Source: Candidatus Woesebacteria bacterium RIFCSPLOWO2_01_FULL_39_23 (GTDB lineage: Bacteria > Patescibacteriota > Microgenomatia > UBA8517). From it: a stretch of DNA of 64,000 nt. A model generated the notes under the pieces. It worked only from the letters and a program-made list of their open reading frames with translations, made no database searches and was not told the origin of the DNA. The stretch spans positions 15,450 to 79,449 of the forward strand of contig MGHG01000009.1 of assembly GCA_001793095.1 (NCBI GenBank), given 5' to 3'. The translations under genes were made by a program, and so were the position numbers. Of the stretch, positions 42,784 through 51,627 are shown one piece after another. Position 1 is the stretch's first letter. Each line of letters begins with the position of its first letter.

Positions 42784-45323
42784 TGATTATGAAAAGAATA
42801 TTATTTATTTTGTTTGGATTTACATCATTTATAATATTTTTTGGAGTTAGTAGAAGTATTGTAAATGCACAATGCGGGGACGGTCAATTTTGCGGTCTTG
42901 ACCAGGGTTACGATGCTACAGTAAGCCAAAATGTCAAGTATTGTTTTAGGAATGGTACAACATGGGAGTGTTCAAATACCCCGGCAAATGACTTCTGGTT
43001 ATGCGATGGTAGCTTTCCCTGCAGTGTTGCGGGAGGTGGCGGCGGTCCGGGGGGAAATTGTTCATACGTTGGTGATGTCCCATCTTGTTCACTTAATGTG
43101 ACTGCGGGTGGTTGCCCTGCTGATCCTACCGCGTGTAATGGTTGTGACATTGATCTGGTTGCTGATTCCTGCGACCCCATAAGTGTTCCAGTTTATACAG
43201 GTTGCTGTGTGGGTGCAGGGGGAGAATGTTCTTCCGAGTCTGAAGCGGGTTGTAATAGCGGTCAAAATGTGGGAGATTCGTGTGGCGGTGGTAGCATATG
43301 TATTGACTCGGGTAGCGAGGGAGGGGATGGTAAACCGATTTGTAATTGTGGTGGCGGAGGGAATGAAATTAATTGGTTACGGGCGAGAATAATGCTCGAT
43401 GCTAATGAAAATAATTTATTTGACGAGGGTGATGAATATTATGTCCAGGACAATAATATATTGAGCTGTTCGAATCTAGCGAATAATTATGTTACATTTA
43501 CAAACCTTTCTCCCTTAAAAATTTCCCCGGTTGGTTTTACTACGATAGACGTTCCAACAATTTGCCATTTAAGTGGTGAAAACGACAACAATCACCCCAA
43601 ATTTCCTTGGGCTATTGAACAACTTAATACAGATACGAGCTTTACTTTCAATTTTACCCTCCCCGCTAGTTACGAATTAGTTAATGTCGACAGGGGGAGT
43701 TGCAGTGTTTCGTCCCCTACGCAAGTAACATGTTCCGGTTGGGGCGGTGGTATTCAGGAAGTAACATTTTTAATCAGGTATAAAAGGAATACCTGTACGG
43801 TATCGGTCAGTCCTGCAACCGATAACAGTGTTCCCGGAAGTACGACAGTCACTTTAAGTGGAACGAATTATGACACTAATCCCGCTGACACCGTAAACCT
43901 AAATGTAATACGAAACGATTTTAAACAAGTTCCGAATTGGCAGACATCAATTACTCCCAACTCCCCTGCCGTTACAGAGACATTATCTAACGGTGTATAT
44001 TATTATAAAATTCCGGCTGCGGGATGTACGTCGTCTAATGGAACAGCATGCAGCAAAACAACTACCGTTAATCTTCCGGCGGCTGATTATACTTTTTTCT
44101 GTGATGTCCCCTACGCTCCATTTCAATGTTCTGGAAATCCCAATTGTACATATGAAGGAGGTACAATGGACTGCTCTGGTGGTGGTTGGGTTTCCTGTTC
44201 AGAGAGCGATCACACGCCATTTAGTGTCTATTTACAATGTCCATCCAATAGAACCAGTGTCTGTGACGGTACAGGAACTTCAGTTACTACGAGTTGGACC
44301 AATTTTTCGACGAATGATGCTGACAGCTATTACCATGAATTGGACGATAATCCAAATTCTTCACCGTATGTCGTAACAAATTCCGCGACGTCACCTTTAA
44401 CTCAATCTGTGATTGCCGGTACGCCATACAGATGGGAAATTCGAGGAAATCGGACTAATGACGATACTGAACCTCTTCCTGTCGGACCAACGGGCGGATG
44501 TTGGATCAGCTTTACGTGTAATCCGCCAGCCGCTCTTCCCTGGTGGCGGGTAACGGGATCAGGTATAACTGCTAACGGATTTATTCAATCAACCATACCT
44601 GCTGCCGGAATGTATTTAATTAACGATCCACCCGGTGTATTACAATACAATAATGACAATCCGCCAAGTCTGGGTTTGGGAAGTATTTCGAGTACGGGTT
44701 GGAACGTGAATTTAGCATCAGCCCATACCTATACGTATGATTTCTTCAGAAATAAGCTTCCCTCTTCAGTTACACCCACTCAACTAACAAACTGCACAAT
44801 CGCAGCAGCTAACCTAACTATCGGTGGTATGGAGTGGCCTGCCGGTTCAAACTACTTTTGGTATGAAACAACCTGTGCCAATAGTAGTATAACCATAGGG
44901 AGCTTAACCGATATCTCGATTAATTTGTTAGATAGAAAAGTAATATTATTTGCAAAGGACAAAGTGGTCAATATCACTAAACCAATCTTCTTAAATAATG
45001 GCAAAGGGTTTTTCGGCCTGTTTACAAGCAACGATATCTCCGTCGCTTCCTCAGTCGGCGGCTTAGCTGATACGTCACCGGATCTTGAGGGCATATTTTT
45101 TACTGAGGGTGATTTCAAATCGGGGGTTGGCAACTATGGCGAGGAACAGCTGCATGTGCGAGGCTCAGTTGCCGCAAATACTTTTACACTGGCGGGTCAG
45201 AGGAATTTACCTGATGATTCGGCAGATCCGGCTGAGCACTTTGAATTTGCACCCGATCTCATCTTTAATTTTCCTAAAGTACTCTCTCCAAGACTGATTA
45301 ACTGGAAAGAAGTTGCTCCCTAG
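42783..45323 (+). CDS. Large secreted Cys/Gly-rich protein, putative pilus tip adhesin
   Basis: Signal peptide ending VNA|Q, many Cys, beta-rich C-domain ending RLINWKEVAP; lies between minor pilins and pilX-like gene. Confidence 0.6.
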   Translation: MIMKRILFILFGFTSFIIFFGVSRSIVNAQCGDGQFCGLDQGYDATVSQNVKYCFRNGTTWECSNTPANDFWLCDGSFPCSVAGGGGGPGGNCSYVGDVPSCSLNVTAGGCPADPTACNGCDIDLVADSCDPISVPVYTGCCVGAGGECSSESEAGCNSGQNVGDSCGGGSICIDSGSEGGDGKPICNCGGGGNEINWLRARIMLDANENNLFDEGDEYYVQDNNILSCSNLANNYVTFTNLSPLKISPVGFTTIDVPTICHLSGENDNNHPKFPWAIEQLNTDTSFTFNFTLPASYELVNVDRGSCSVSSPTQVTCSGWGGGIQEVTFLIRYKRNTCTVSVSPATDNSVPGSTTVTLSGTNYDTNPADTVNLNVIRNDFKQVPNWQTSITPNSPAVTETLSNGVYYYKIPAAGCTSSNGTACSKTTTVNLPAADYTFFCDVPYAPFQCSGNPNCTYEGGTMDCSGGGWVSCSESDHTPFSVYLQCPSNRTSVCDGTGTSVTTSWTNFSTNDADSYYHELDDNPNSSPYVVTNSATSPLTQSVIAGTPYRWEIRGNRTNDDTEPLPVGPTGGCWISFTCNPPAALPWWRVTGSGITANGFIQSTIPAAGMYLINDPPGVLQYNNDNPPSLGLGSISSTGWNVNLASAHTYTYDFFRNKLPSSVTPTQLTNCTIAAANLTIGGMEWPAGSNYFWYETTCANSSITIGSLTDISINLLDRKVILFAKDKVVNITKPIFLNNGKGFFGLFTSNDISVASSVGGLADTSPDLEGIFFTEGDFKSGVGNYGEEQLHVRGSVAANTFTLAGQRNLPDDSADPAEHFEFAPDLIFNFPKVLSPRLINWKEVAP

Positions 45324-45380
45324 ATGTTTATATTCCTCTTTGTTAATTGACCGGTAAGTTACTGATTGCTAAACTGAGAT

Positions 45381-46331
45381 ATGGTTAATCTGCCTGGTGA
45401 GAGGTATCGGGAGAAAGGTCAAGCACTTCTTATCGTCTTACTTGTTATGAGCGTTGCTATTACTATTGTCCTTTCCGTTGTGGCACGCTCAATCAGCGAC
45501 GTTTCGGTTACGACGCACGAAGAAGAATCTGTACGCGCATTCAGCGCCGCTGAAGCCGGAATTGAAGAGGCTCTATTATCCGGGTTATCTGTCGGTCAAA
45601 CTACGCTTTCTAATAACGCAAGTTATGAGGCTAATGTATTTGAAACAAGTCCATCGGGAAGGTTTTTTATATATCCCGGCACATTATTAACGGGTGATTC
45701 GGCGACGGTTTGGTTTGTTTCCCATGACTCGGATGGGAATTTATCCTGTTCTCCCTACTGTACGGCTCCGACAAGAATTGATGTTTGTTGGGGGAAAAAG
45801 GGTACTCTCGATAATGATCCTGAAACTCCTGCTATAGAGGTGACAATTGTTTATGATTATGATCCTATCACTTCTACCACGGGTTACGCAACCGGAGTAA
45901 ATCACAATTACCAATATTTGAGAGTCGTAAGAGCTACTTTTGACCCAAATGTTAGTCGTTCAGCGGATAATAAATTTAACTCGACAAATTTGGGTACCGA
46001 TTGTACGGGTCTTGATCAGGTCTATGAATTTCAAAAAGCTAATTTATTATTGAACAATGCCGCAGAAAGATTGTACCTTGACTGCTGGATTACTCCCGGG
46101 TGCGCAATTGCTATGAAAATAAGATTCTTTTATAACACAACTACCGCTCAACCCCTTGCAATAAACGATCTTTTGCCTGTTAGTACTAATTTTCCCCCAC
46201 AAGGCAAACTTATAGAGTCGGTAGGGACTTCCACGGATATATCGAGAAAAATAAGCGTGTTCCAAGGTTATCCCGAAGTTCCGGTTATTTTTGAGACTGC
46301 TGTTACCAGTAGTTCGGATATTCAGAAATAG
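45381..46331 (+). CDS. PilX-like minor pilin
   Basis: KG|QALLIVLLVM (no Glu5), RAFSAAEAGIEEAL. Confidence 0.78.
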   Translation: MVNLPGERYREKGQALLIVLLVMSVAITIVLSVVARSISDVSVTTHEEESVRAFSAAEAGIEEALLSGLSVGQTTLSNNASYEANVFETSPSGRFFIYPGTLLTGDSATVWFVSHDSDGNLSCSPYCTAPTRIDVCWGKKGTLDNDPETPAIEVTIVYDYDPITSTTGYATGVNHNYQYLRVVRATFDPNVSRSADNKFNSTNLGTDCTGLDQVYEFQKANLLLNNAAERLYLDCWITPGCAIAMKIRFFYNTTTAQPLAINDLLPVSTNFPPQGKLIESVGTSTDISRKISVFQGYPEVPVIFETAVTSSSDIQK

Positions 46332-46335
46332 TTGT

Positions 46336-47343
46336 ATGATTGGGCTAGATATCGGGTCAAAAACAATAAAAATTGCTGAGCTTGAACGCTCCGGTCAGAC
46401 TTTTCGGCTTCGCGCCTCGGGCGTCGTTGGTTATAAAAGTACAAGCCCCGAGAAAATGAATGATGACAAAGAGCTTGTTATCATGAGCGATGTTATAAGA
46501 AAATTATGTAAAGAAGCGAGAATCGGAACTAAAGAGGTTGTAGTATCTCTTCCCGAAACTCAGGTTTTCACTCGGTTGGTCAAGTTCCCGCTATTAACTG
46601 ATTCGGAAATAGCATCGGCCGTTAAGTGGGAAGCCGAACAATATATTCCCTTTCCGGTTGATGAAGCGGTAATTGAACATCAAATTTTGGACCGTAAACC
46701 CAACTCCACTCCCCCGCAGGTTTTTGTCCTATTAATTGCAGCACCGAAATTATTGGTTGAAAAATACATTAGGCTTGCTGAAATGGCTAAGTTGGAGACG
46801 GTGGCTGTTGAAACTGAGCTTATTGCACTTGCCCGGTCAATTTGTCCCCCGGATCAAACGGTTATGGTAGCCGATTTTGGCGCACGAGCCACAAATATTG
46901 CAATTGTCCGGAATGGGAATCTTATGATGGCACGATCAATTCCTACCGCCGGGGATGCGCTGACGCGGGCTGTGTCCCAGGGCCTTGGAGTAGAAACATT
47001 TCAGGCAGAGGAATATAAAAAAGTCTATGGCTTATCTTCGAGTCAGCTTGAAGGAAAAATAAAGGGAGTTTTAAACCCGGTGCTCGCCATGGTAACGGAT
47101 GAAATGAAAAAGGCAATTCATTATTATAGTGCTGAAGGAGAAGGCGATCCTCCAAGAACTTTAGTACTTTCAGGTGGGACGTCGAGTATGCCTAATGTTA
47201 TTGCGGTGATGACTGAGCTGACGGGCATGGAGGTGGTTATCGGTAATCCTTTCGCTCGTATTCAGGTTGATCCTGAAGCAGCAAAAACACTTATGAGCTA
47301 TGCGCCGGTTTATTCGATAGCGGTAGGACTTGCTATGCGTTAA
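46336..47343 (+). CDS. pilM: Type IV pilus assembly protein PilM
   Basis: IGLDIGS, EAEQYIPFP, DFGA, LSGG, AVGLAMR. Confidence 0.92.
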   Translation: MIGLDIGSKTIKIAELERSGQTFRLRASGVVGYKSTSPEKMNDDKELVIMSDVIRKLCKEARIGTKEVVVSLPETQVFTRLVKFPLLTDSEIASAVKWEAEQYIPFPVDEAVIEHQILDRKPNSTPPQVFVLLIAAPKLLVEKYIRLAEMAKLETVAVETELIALARSICPPDQTVMVADFGARATNIAIVRNGNLMMARSIPTAGDALTRAVSQGLGVETFQAEEYKKVYGLSSSQLEGKIKGVLNPVLAMVTDEMKKAIHYYSAEGEGDPPRTLVLSGGTSSMPNVIAVMTELTGMEVVIGNPFARIQVDPEAAKTLMSYAPVYSIAVGLAMR

Positions 47344-47344
47344 T

Positions 47345-47875
47345 ATGGCCAGAAATATAAATTTATTACCTCTTGAGTTTGTACCGAATAAAAAACTGGT
47401 TCGTATGGGGGCTGCGCTAAAAAAGTTAGCGATAATAAGTTATATTTTCTTTTTCTTGGCTGCAGGATCAATTGCTTATGCTCTTTATCGCTACGACAAG
47501 CACATAAAAGAGTTACGCAATAATAGAAATACATTAGAAGCTGAACTTGATAACCTAAAAAAAACCGAGACTAAAATTGTTTATTTAAAAGATAGGGCGG
47601 ACAAAGCTCAAAAGGTAATTGATGCAAATACCACGCGAAGTTCTATTGTCACGTTTTCTGAATTTGATAACCACATACCGCCTGGCATATTAATATCAGA
47701 TATGGCATTTAGAGGAAGTAGGGCTACTTTTAAGGTAGCGGCAGAGAATTCTGGCAGTTTGAGCCAGATGGTGCAATACGTTATTGGTACGACCGTTTTT
47801 AAAGCAATAATATTAGGCGATATAAAATTAGGGGAAAACGGTAAGTATACGACTACTATTACGGTTGAAATTTAA
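47345..47875 (+). CDS. pilN: PilN-like protein
   Basis: INLLP motif, TM, coiled coil; follows pilM. Confidence 0.8.
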   Translation: MARNINLLPLEFVPNKKLVRMGAALKKLAIISYIFFFLAAGSIAYALYRYDKHIKELRNNRNTLEAELDNLKKTETKIVYLKDRADKAQKVIDANTTRSSIVTFSEFDNHIPPGILISDMAFRGSRATFKVAAENSGSLSQMVQYVIGTTVFKAIILGDIKLGENGKYTTTITVEI

Positions 47876-47877
47876 AT

Positions 47878-48582
47878 ATGGTTAATTTAGGGTTTGGTGA
47901 AAACGTAAAACTTAGAAGCTATAAAATAGTTTTAATTCCATTTTTTGCTTTAATTGTATTAATAATATTATTTATTTATGCCGCTACAACTGGTTATGGA
48001 AAGTTGAGAAGTCAAAAACAGATTATTGATGAATTGGAAAGAGATGACACAACGTTGGAAGCAAAAATAAATAATCTCAAAAACCTAGAAGCTCAAACTT
48101 ATCCTGACTCCACTGAGATGTTAATACGGTTTCCGAACGACAACCCCTCACTTTGGATGTTGGGACAGCTCATAAGAAAAGGTGAAGAAAGTGCCGTTAC
48201 ATTATTTGAACAAACTTTACTTTTCGATGAGGCCAGTCTGGAAAATATTACCGTTTCAACTATCAATTTCCAGGTTACCGGAAATAAAGAGAAAATTTTT
48301 GATTATTTGTTAAGTATCGACAACATATCCCCTATTTCGACTTTTGATTCTGTTGATTTCTCTGAAAGTGAGACTGCCCAGCAGGGTGCTCTTGTTAGTT
48401 TAAAGGTTTATTTTTCTCCTCTTCCAGAGGTACTTACTAATTTAAACGAAGTCGTTAATGAATTGACGCCTCTCGAGGTAACTACGCTAAATAAGCTTTC
48501 TGAGATGGAATTACCGGAATTTTCGACTCTCATGCCGAGCGCTAATTATGAACTGAAGGACCCCTTTAACTCTTTTCAGTAA
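47878..48582 (+). CDS. pilO: PilO-like protein
   Basis: TM + coiled coil + ferredoxin-like region ending DPF; follows pilN. Confidence 0.6.
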   Translation: MVNLGFGENVKLRSYKIVLIPFFALIVLIILFIYAATTGYGKLRSQKQIIDELERDDTTLEAKINNLKNLEAQTYPDSTEMLIRFPNDNPSLWMLGQLIRKGEESAVTLFEQTLLFDEASLENITVSTINFQVTGNKEKIFDYLLSIDNISPISTFDSVDFSESETAQQGALVSLKVYFSPLPEVLTNLNEVVNELTPLEVTTLNKLSEMELPEFSTLMPSANYELKDPFNSFQ

Positions 48583-48802
48583 CTGACAGTGTAAATGCGG
48601 AATGCTCGAGCGTAGCTTTTACTCTTAATAATGCCCTAATTGCCTTTATGACCTTGCCTTCTTTTCCGATGACTATGCCCATGTTTTTCGGATCAATTAT
48701 TGCTGTGAGCTCGCTAAAACCGTTTTCCTGAATATGTTCTTCGATCTCGAAGCTATCCTTGTCGATTAAATTTTCTAATATGAATTGTAGTAAATTTTTC
48801 AT
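48566..48802 (-). CDS. khpA: KH-domain RNA-binding protein
   Basis: MGIVIGKEGKVIKAIRALL; downstream of rpsP. Confidence 0.88.
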   Translation of the reverse strand: MKNLLQFILENLIDKDSFEIEEHIQENGFSELTAIIDPKNMGIVIGKEGKVIKAIRALLRVKATLEHSAFTLSVTEKS

Positions 48803-48805
48803 AAG

Positions 48806-49027
48806 TTAATCTCCTATGAGTTTTTTTACTGCAGGGCTCAAAATGGCTCCTTTTTTTATCCAGGCATCGATTTTTGTTTTGTCGAAAATTTTGGTATTCT
48901 TTTTAGGGTTCCACGTACCCAATAAATCAATAGCACTGCCGCGCACTTTTTTCCGTTCGTCAATGGCAACTATTCTAAAAAAAGGTTTATTTTTGGTTCC
49001 TCCTCGTGCAAGTCTGATTTTAATCAT
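48806..49027 (-). CDS. rpsP: 30S ribosomal protein S16
   Basis: MIKIRLARGG.KNKPFFRIV, LGTWNP, WIKKGA. Confidence 0.95.
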   Translation of the reverse strand: MIKIRLARGGTKNKPFFRIVAIDERKKVRGSAIDLLGTWNPKKNTKIFDKTKIDAWIKKGAILSPAVKKLIGD

Positions 49028-49036
49028 AAACTTAAT

Positions 49037-49073
49037 CAGACTTTCTTTCAGAAAGAAAGTCTGGCAAAGAAAA
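49037..49073 (-). promoter_or_regulatory. Conserved 5'-leader hairpin/triplex-capable motif, copy before rpsP
   Basis: TTTCTTTG-C-CAGACTTTCTTT-CTG-AAAGAAAGTCTG, 9 nt before ATG. Confidence 0.7.
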
Positions 49074-49099
49074 TAACATAAAAATACTGAGTCATTGGA

Positions 49100-49128
49100 A
49101 TTGTAATGGAAAAACGATTTTTTTACAA
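49100..49128 (-). promoter_or_regulatory. Sigma70-type promoter for rpsP
   Basis: TTGTAA-17 bp-TACAAT on the minus strand. Confidence 0.6.
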
Positions 49129-49797
49129 TTACAGGAATTTTTCCAGTGCGCTGGCTGCTGCGCTCTGTGCAGCCTCGCTCTTATTTTTACCTGCTCCTGT
49201 ACCTAAAGACTGTCCGTCGACAACAATTTCTATCGTAAATACTTTCGCATGATCCGGTCCCTCTTCGGATAGAACTCTATATTTCGGAGTTCCGAAACCT
49301 TTCGACTGCACAATTTCCTGTATGAGACTTTTAGGATCTTTTAGTTCTTTTTTAGCTTTAGCTTCGAGATCAACTAAGATATTATCTTTTATAAATGTTT
49401 CGGCCCCTGAGGTACCCTTATCCAAAAATAAAGCCCCGATTATGGCTTCTGTAGTATTGGCGAGAATTGAAGGATTTTCCCTACCCCCTCCGTCTTCCTC
49501 CCCCTTTGAAAGATAAATATATTTGCCTAAATCCATGTTTATTGCAACCTGCGAAAGGCTTATGGTGTTGACAAGTTGTGCTCTTAAGGCGGTTAAAAAT
49601 CCTTCCTCCTTTAGTGGAAATTTTTGGTATAAAGCGTTTGAAACAATAAATTCCAATACAGCATCGCCTAAAAATTCCAAACGTTCATTTGACCGTCTTT
49701 TACCCGGATTTTCGTTTACCCACGATCTATGAGTAAGAGCTAAATCCATTAAACCTTTATCGCCAAAAGTATTTTTAAGCTCAATGTATGTTTTCAT
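49129..49797 (-). CDS. rnc: Ribonuclease III
   Basis: ALTHRS, NERLEFLGDAVL, EAIIGA, dsRBD DPKS.IQE...GP.H. Confidence 0.96.
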   Translation of the reverse strand: MKTYIELKNTFGDKGLMDLALTHRSWVNENPGKRRSNERLEFLGDAVLEFIVSNALYQKFPLKEEGFLTALRAQLVNTISLSQVAINMDLGKYIYLSKGEEDGGGRENPSILANTTEAIIGALFLDKGTSGAETFIKDNILVDLEAKAKKELKDPKSLIQEIVQSKGFGTPKYRVLSEEGPDHAKVFTIEIVVDGQSLGTGAGKNKSEAAQSAAASALEKFL

Positions 49798-49812
49798 GAT
49801 TAGAATAAGGTA

Positions 49813-50046
49813 TTAGATTTCATCTTGGGTGATGCTTTCGATAAGCTCACCCACTGTTTCGATGTTTATGAAATCGATTAAGGTTGTATCGAATTTATTT
49901 TCGGACAACAATTCGCTAAAATCAGTTAGATCCGTCGAACTCATATGCAGATCGTCTCTGAGGGAATCGTCCTCGTGGATATCTTCCTGCCCCAATCCAA
50001 GCTGTTCAGCGAGAAGTGTTTTTATTTTGAGTTGTTTATTTTCCAT
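49813..50046 (-). CDS. Acyl carrier protein-like
   Basis: Acidic 77 aa protein, DLHMSSTD aligning with the DLG.DSLD motif, IETVGELI; next to rnc. Confidence 0.7.
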   Translation of the reverse strand: MENKQLKIKTLLAEQLGLGQEDIHEDDSLRDDLHMSSTDLTDFSELLSENKFDTTLIDFINIETVGELIESITQDEI

Positions 50047-50047
50047 A

Positions 50048-50407
50048 TTATTTTTCGTCACTATGTCCGAATATTGTACCTAATACGCCATTGATAAAGG
50101 AAGGCGATGCTTCCCCGCCAAACTCCTTCGCAATTTCAACTGCCTCGTCTATTATAACCTTCGGAGGGTTTTTTTTAAGTTCCAATTCATAAATTGCCAA
50201 TCGGAGAATTGCTAAATCAATTTTATTTAGCTTATCAATCGGCCATATTGTAGCGGCTTTGGCTATAACTTCATCAATGTCTTTTTCTTTATCGAGAATG
50301 TCTTTTAAGCTGATCGGTAAGTTTGGTTGATGTGTAAAACTTTCGGCAAATAAGGCCTTGACGATATTGATGCGGTCAATATGGCGTGGATCTTTAGCTG
50401 TTTTCAT
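50048..50407 (-). CDS. nusB: Transcription antitermination factor NusB
   Basis: [43 protein letters not shown]. Confidence 0.93.
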   Translation of the reverse strand: MKTAKDPRHIDRINIVKALFAESFTHQPNLPISLKDILDKEKDIDEVIAKAATIWPIDKLNKIDLAILRLAIYELELKKNPPKVIIDEAVEIAKEFGGEASPSFINGVLGTIFGHSDEK

Positions 50408-50443
50408 ATTTGAAGTTATGTCCCACAATCAGATTACAGGTGT

Positions 50444-50605
50444 CTAGCTGCGGTAGTATCCGCAATGCGGACAAGCTTTATGTGACTCCTTGAGTTTTTT
50501 ACAATTAGGACAGCGACTCAGGTTAGGCATGTTTGTTTTAAAATTTGCAAAACGCCTTTTGTTACTTCTTGACCTGGTATGCTTTTTCTTAGGTAAGGGT
50601 GTCAT
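50444..50605 (-). CDS. rpmF: 50S ribosomal protein L32 (below ORF-track cutoff)
   Basis: Own translation: MTPLPKKKHTRSRSNKRR...CPNC...HKACPHCGYYRS*. Confidence 0.93.
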   Translation of the reverse strand: MTPLPKKKHTRSRSNKRRFANFKTNMPNLSRCPNCKKLKESHKACPHCGYYRS

Positions 50606-50613
50606 AAACATTT

Positions 50614-50648
50614 CTCACCTTCTTTTAAAAGAAGGTGAGTCAAAGAAA
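50614..50648 (-). promoter_or_regulatory. Conserved 5'-leader hairpin/triplex-capable motif, copy before rpmF
   Basis: TTTCTTTG-A-CTCACCTTCTTT-TA-AAAGAAGGTGAG, 8 nt before ATG. Confidence 0.7.
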
Positions 50649-50673
50649 TGAAAACAAAGACAATACTCTTGGA

Positions 50674-50702
50674 ATTGTAATGGAAATATACTGTTCATGC
50701 AA
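50674..50702 (-). promoter_or_regulatory. Sigma70-type promoter for rpmF-nusB-acp-rnc
   Basis: TTGCAT-17 bp-TACAAT; shares TTTCCATTACAATTCCAA with the rpsP promoter. Confidence 0.6.
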
Positions 50703-50861
50703 GACATAATCAGCTCTCTACGAATAAGGATGTTTAAGGTTCTAAATACCTACCTGTGTATTAATTGATATGTATATTAAAAACGCACTAGTTATATATA
50801 CTATATTTAGTGTTTTTTTTGCATTAATATCTTTTAAATCTTTTATCCAAGAAAATAAATT

Positions 50862-50885
50862 CTACATCACTATGTTGAGATGTAG
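50862..50885. promoter_or_regulatory. 24-bp palindromic operator-like site, copy 1
   Basis: CTACATCACTATGTTGAGATGTAG upstream of the TrpR-like gene. Confidence 0.65.
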
Positions 50886-50918
50886 AATATTTAACTCGAT
50901 CGTGATAGCATTATTTAA

Positions 50919-51491
50919 GTGAATTCAACAACATTTTACGATAAAGAAAAAAGATTAGACAAATTATCCAAATCAGAGCAGGAAGATTTATTATTTGATC
51001 TGATAAACGCATTTGCTGTAGTAAAAAATTCGGAAGATTCTGCTTTGCTTTTACACGACCTTTTAACTAAAAGAGAAGTTCAGAACTTATCAAAAAGACT
51101 TAGAATTGCAAAATTACTTTTAGCGGACGTATTACAGGAGGATATTACAAATAAACTTCATTGTAGTTATGCTACTATTACCAAAGTAAAAGTATGGCTG
51201 GATGAAGGTGGTGACGGTTTAAGAAAGGTAATCAGTAAATTACCAGAAAGAAAGTTAAAACCTAAATATGAAAAATCTTTAGTAAAACCGGACCTACCAA
51301 AAATATTAATAGCTTTAGCGCGAGAATATGGTTTTACTAAGGAAAAACATAAACTTGATAATTTTTTAAACGACCTTGAAGGCAAACATTTAATTGATAA
51401 ACAAATTAGACAAGTTTTTAACGATGAATTCAGGTCGCTTCATAGTGATAAAGTTAAAAAAGACTTTATTAAAACTACATCACAACGTTGA
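50919..51491 (+). CDS. TrpR-like (YerC/YecD) transcriptional regulator
   Basis: LLHDLLTKREV..LSKRLRIAKLL, HTH S.ATITKV..WL. Confidence 0.8.
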   Translation: MNSTTFYDKEKRLDKLSKSEQEDLLFDLINAFAVVKNSEDSALLLHDLLTKREVQNLSKRLRIAKLLLADVLQEDITNKLHCSYATITKVKVWLDEGGDGLRKVISKLPERKLKPKYEKSLVKPDLPKILIALAREYGFTKEKHKLDNFLNDLEGKHLIDKQIRQVFNDEFRSLHSDKVKKDFIKTTSQR

Positions 51492-51498
51492 GATGTAG
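51475..51498. promoter_or_regulatory. 24-bp palindromic operator-like site, copy 2 (contains the stop codon)
   Basis: CTACATCACAACGTTGAGATGTAG, 22/24 identical to copy 1. Confidence 0.65.
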
Positions 51499-51627
51499 AT
51501 ATCCACAAAGTTAGACCATTATGTAGTATGTTGGTCAATTTTAATATGTTGCTAAATTTTGAAGTATTGGTATATTTTGTGATTATATTCTAAACGTAAC
51601 CGGAATATAACCGTAATTGTGGTTGTT

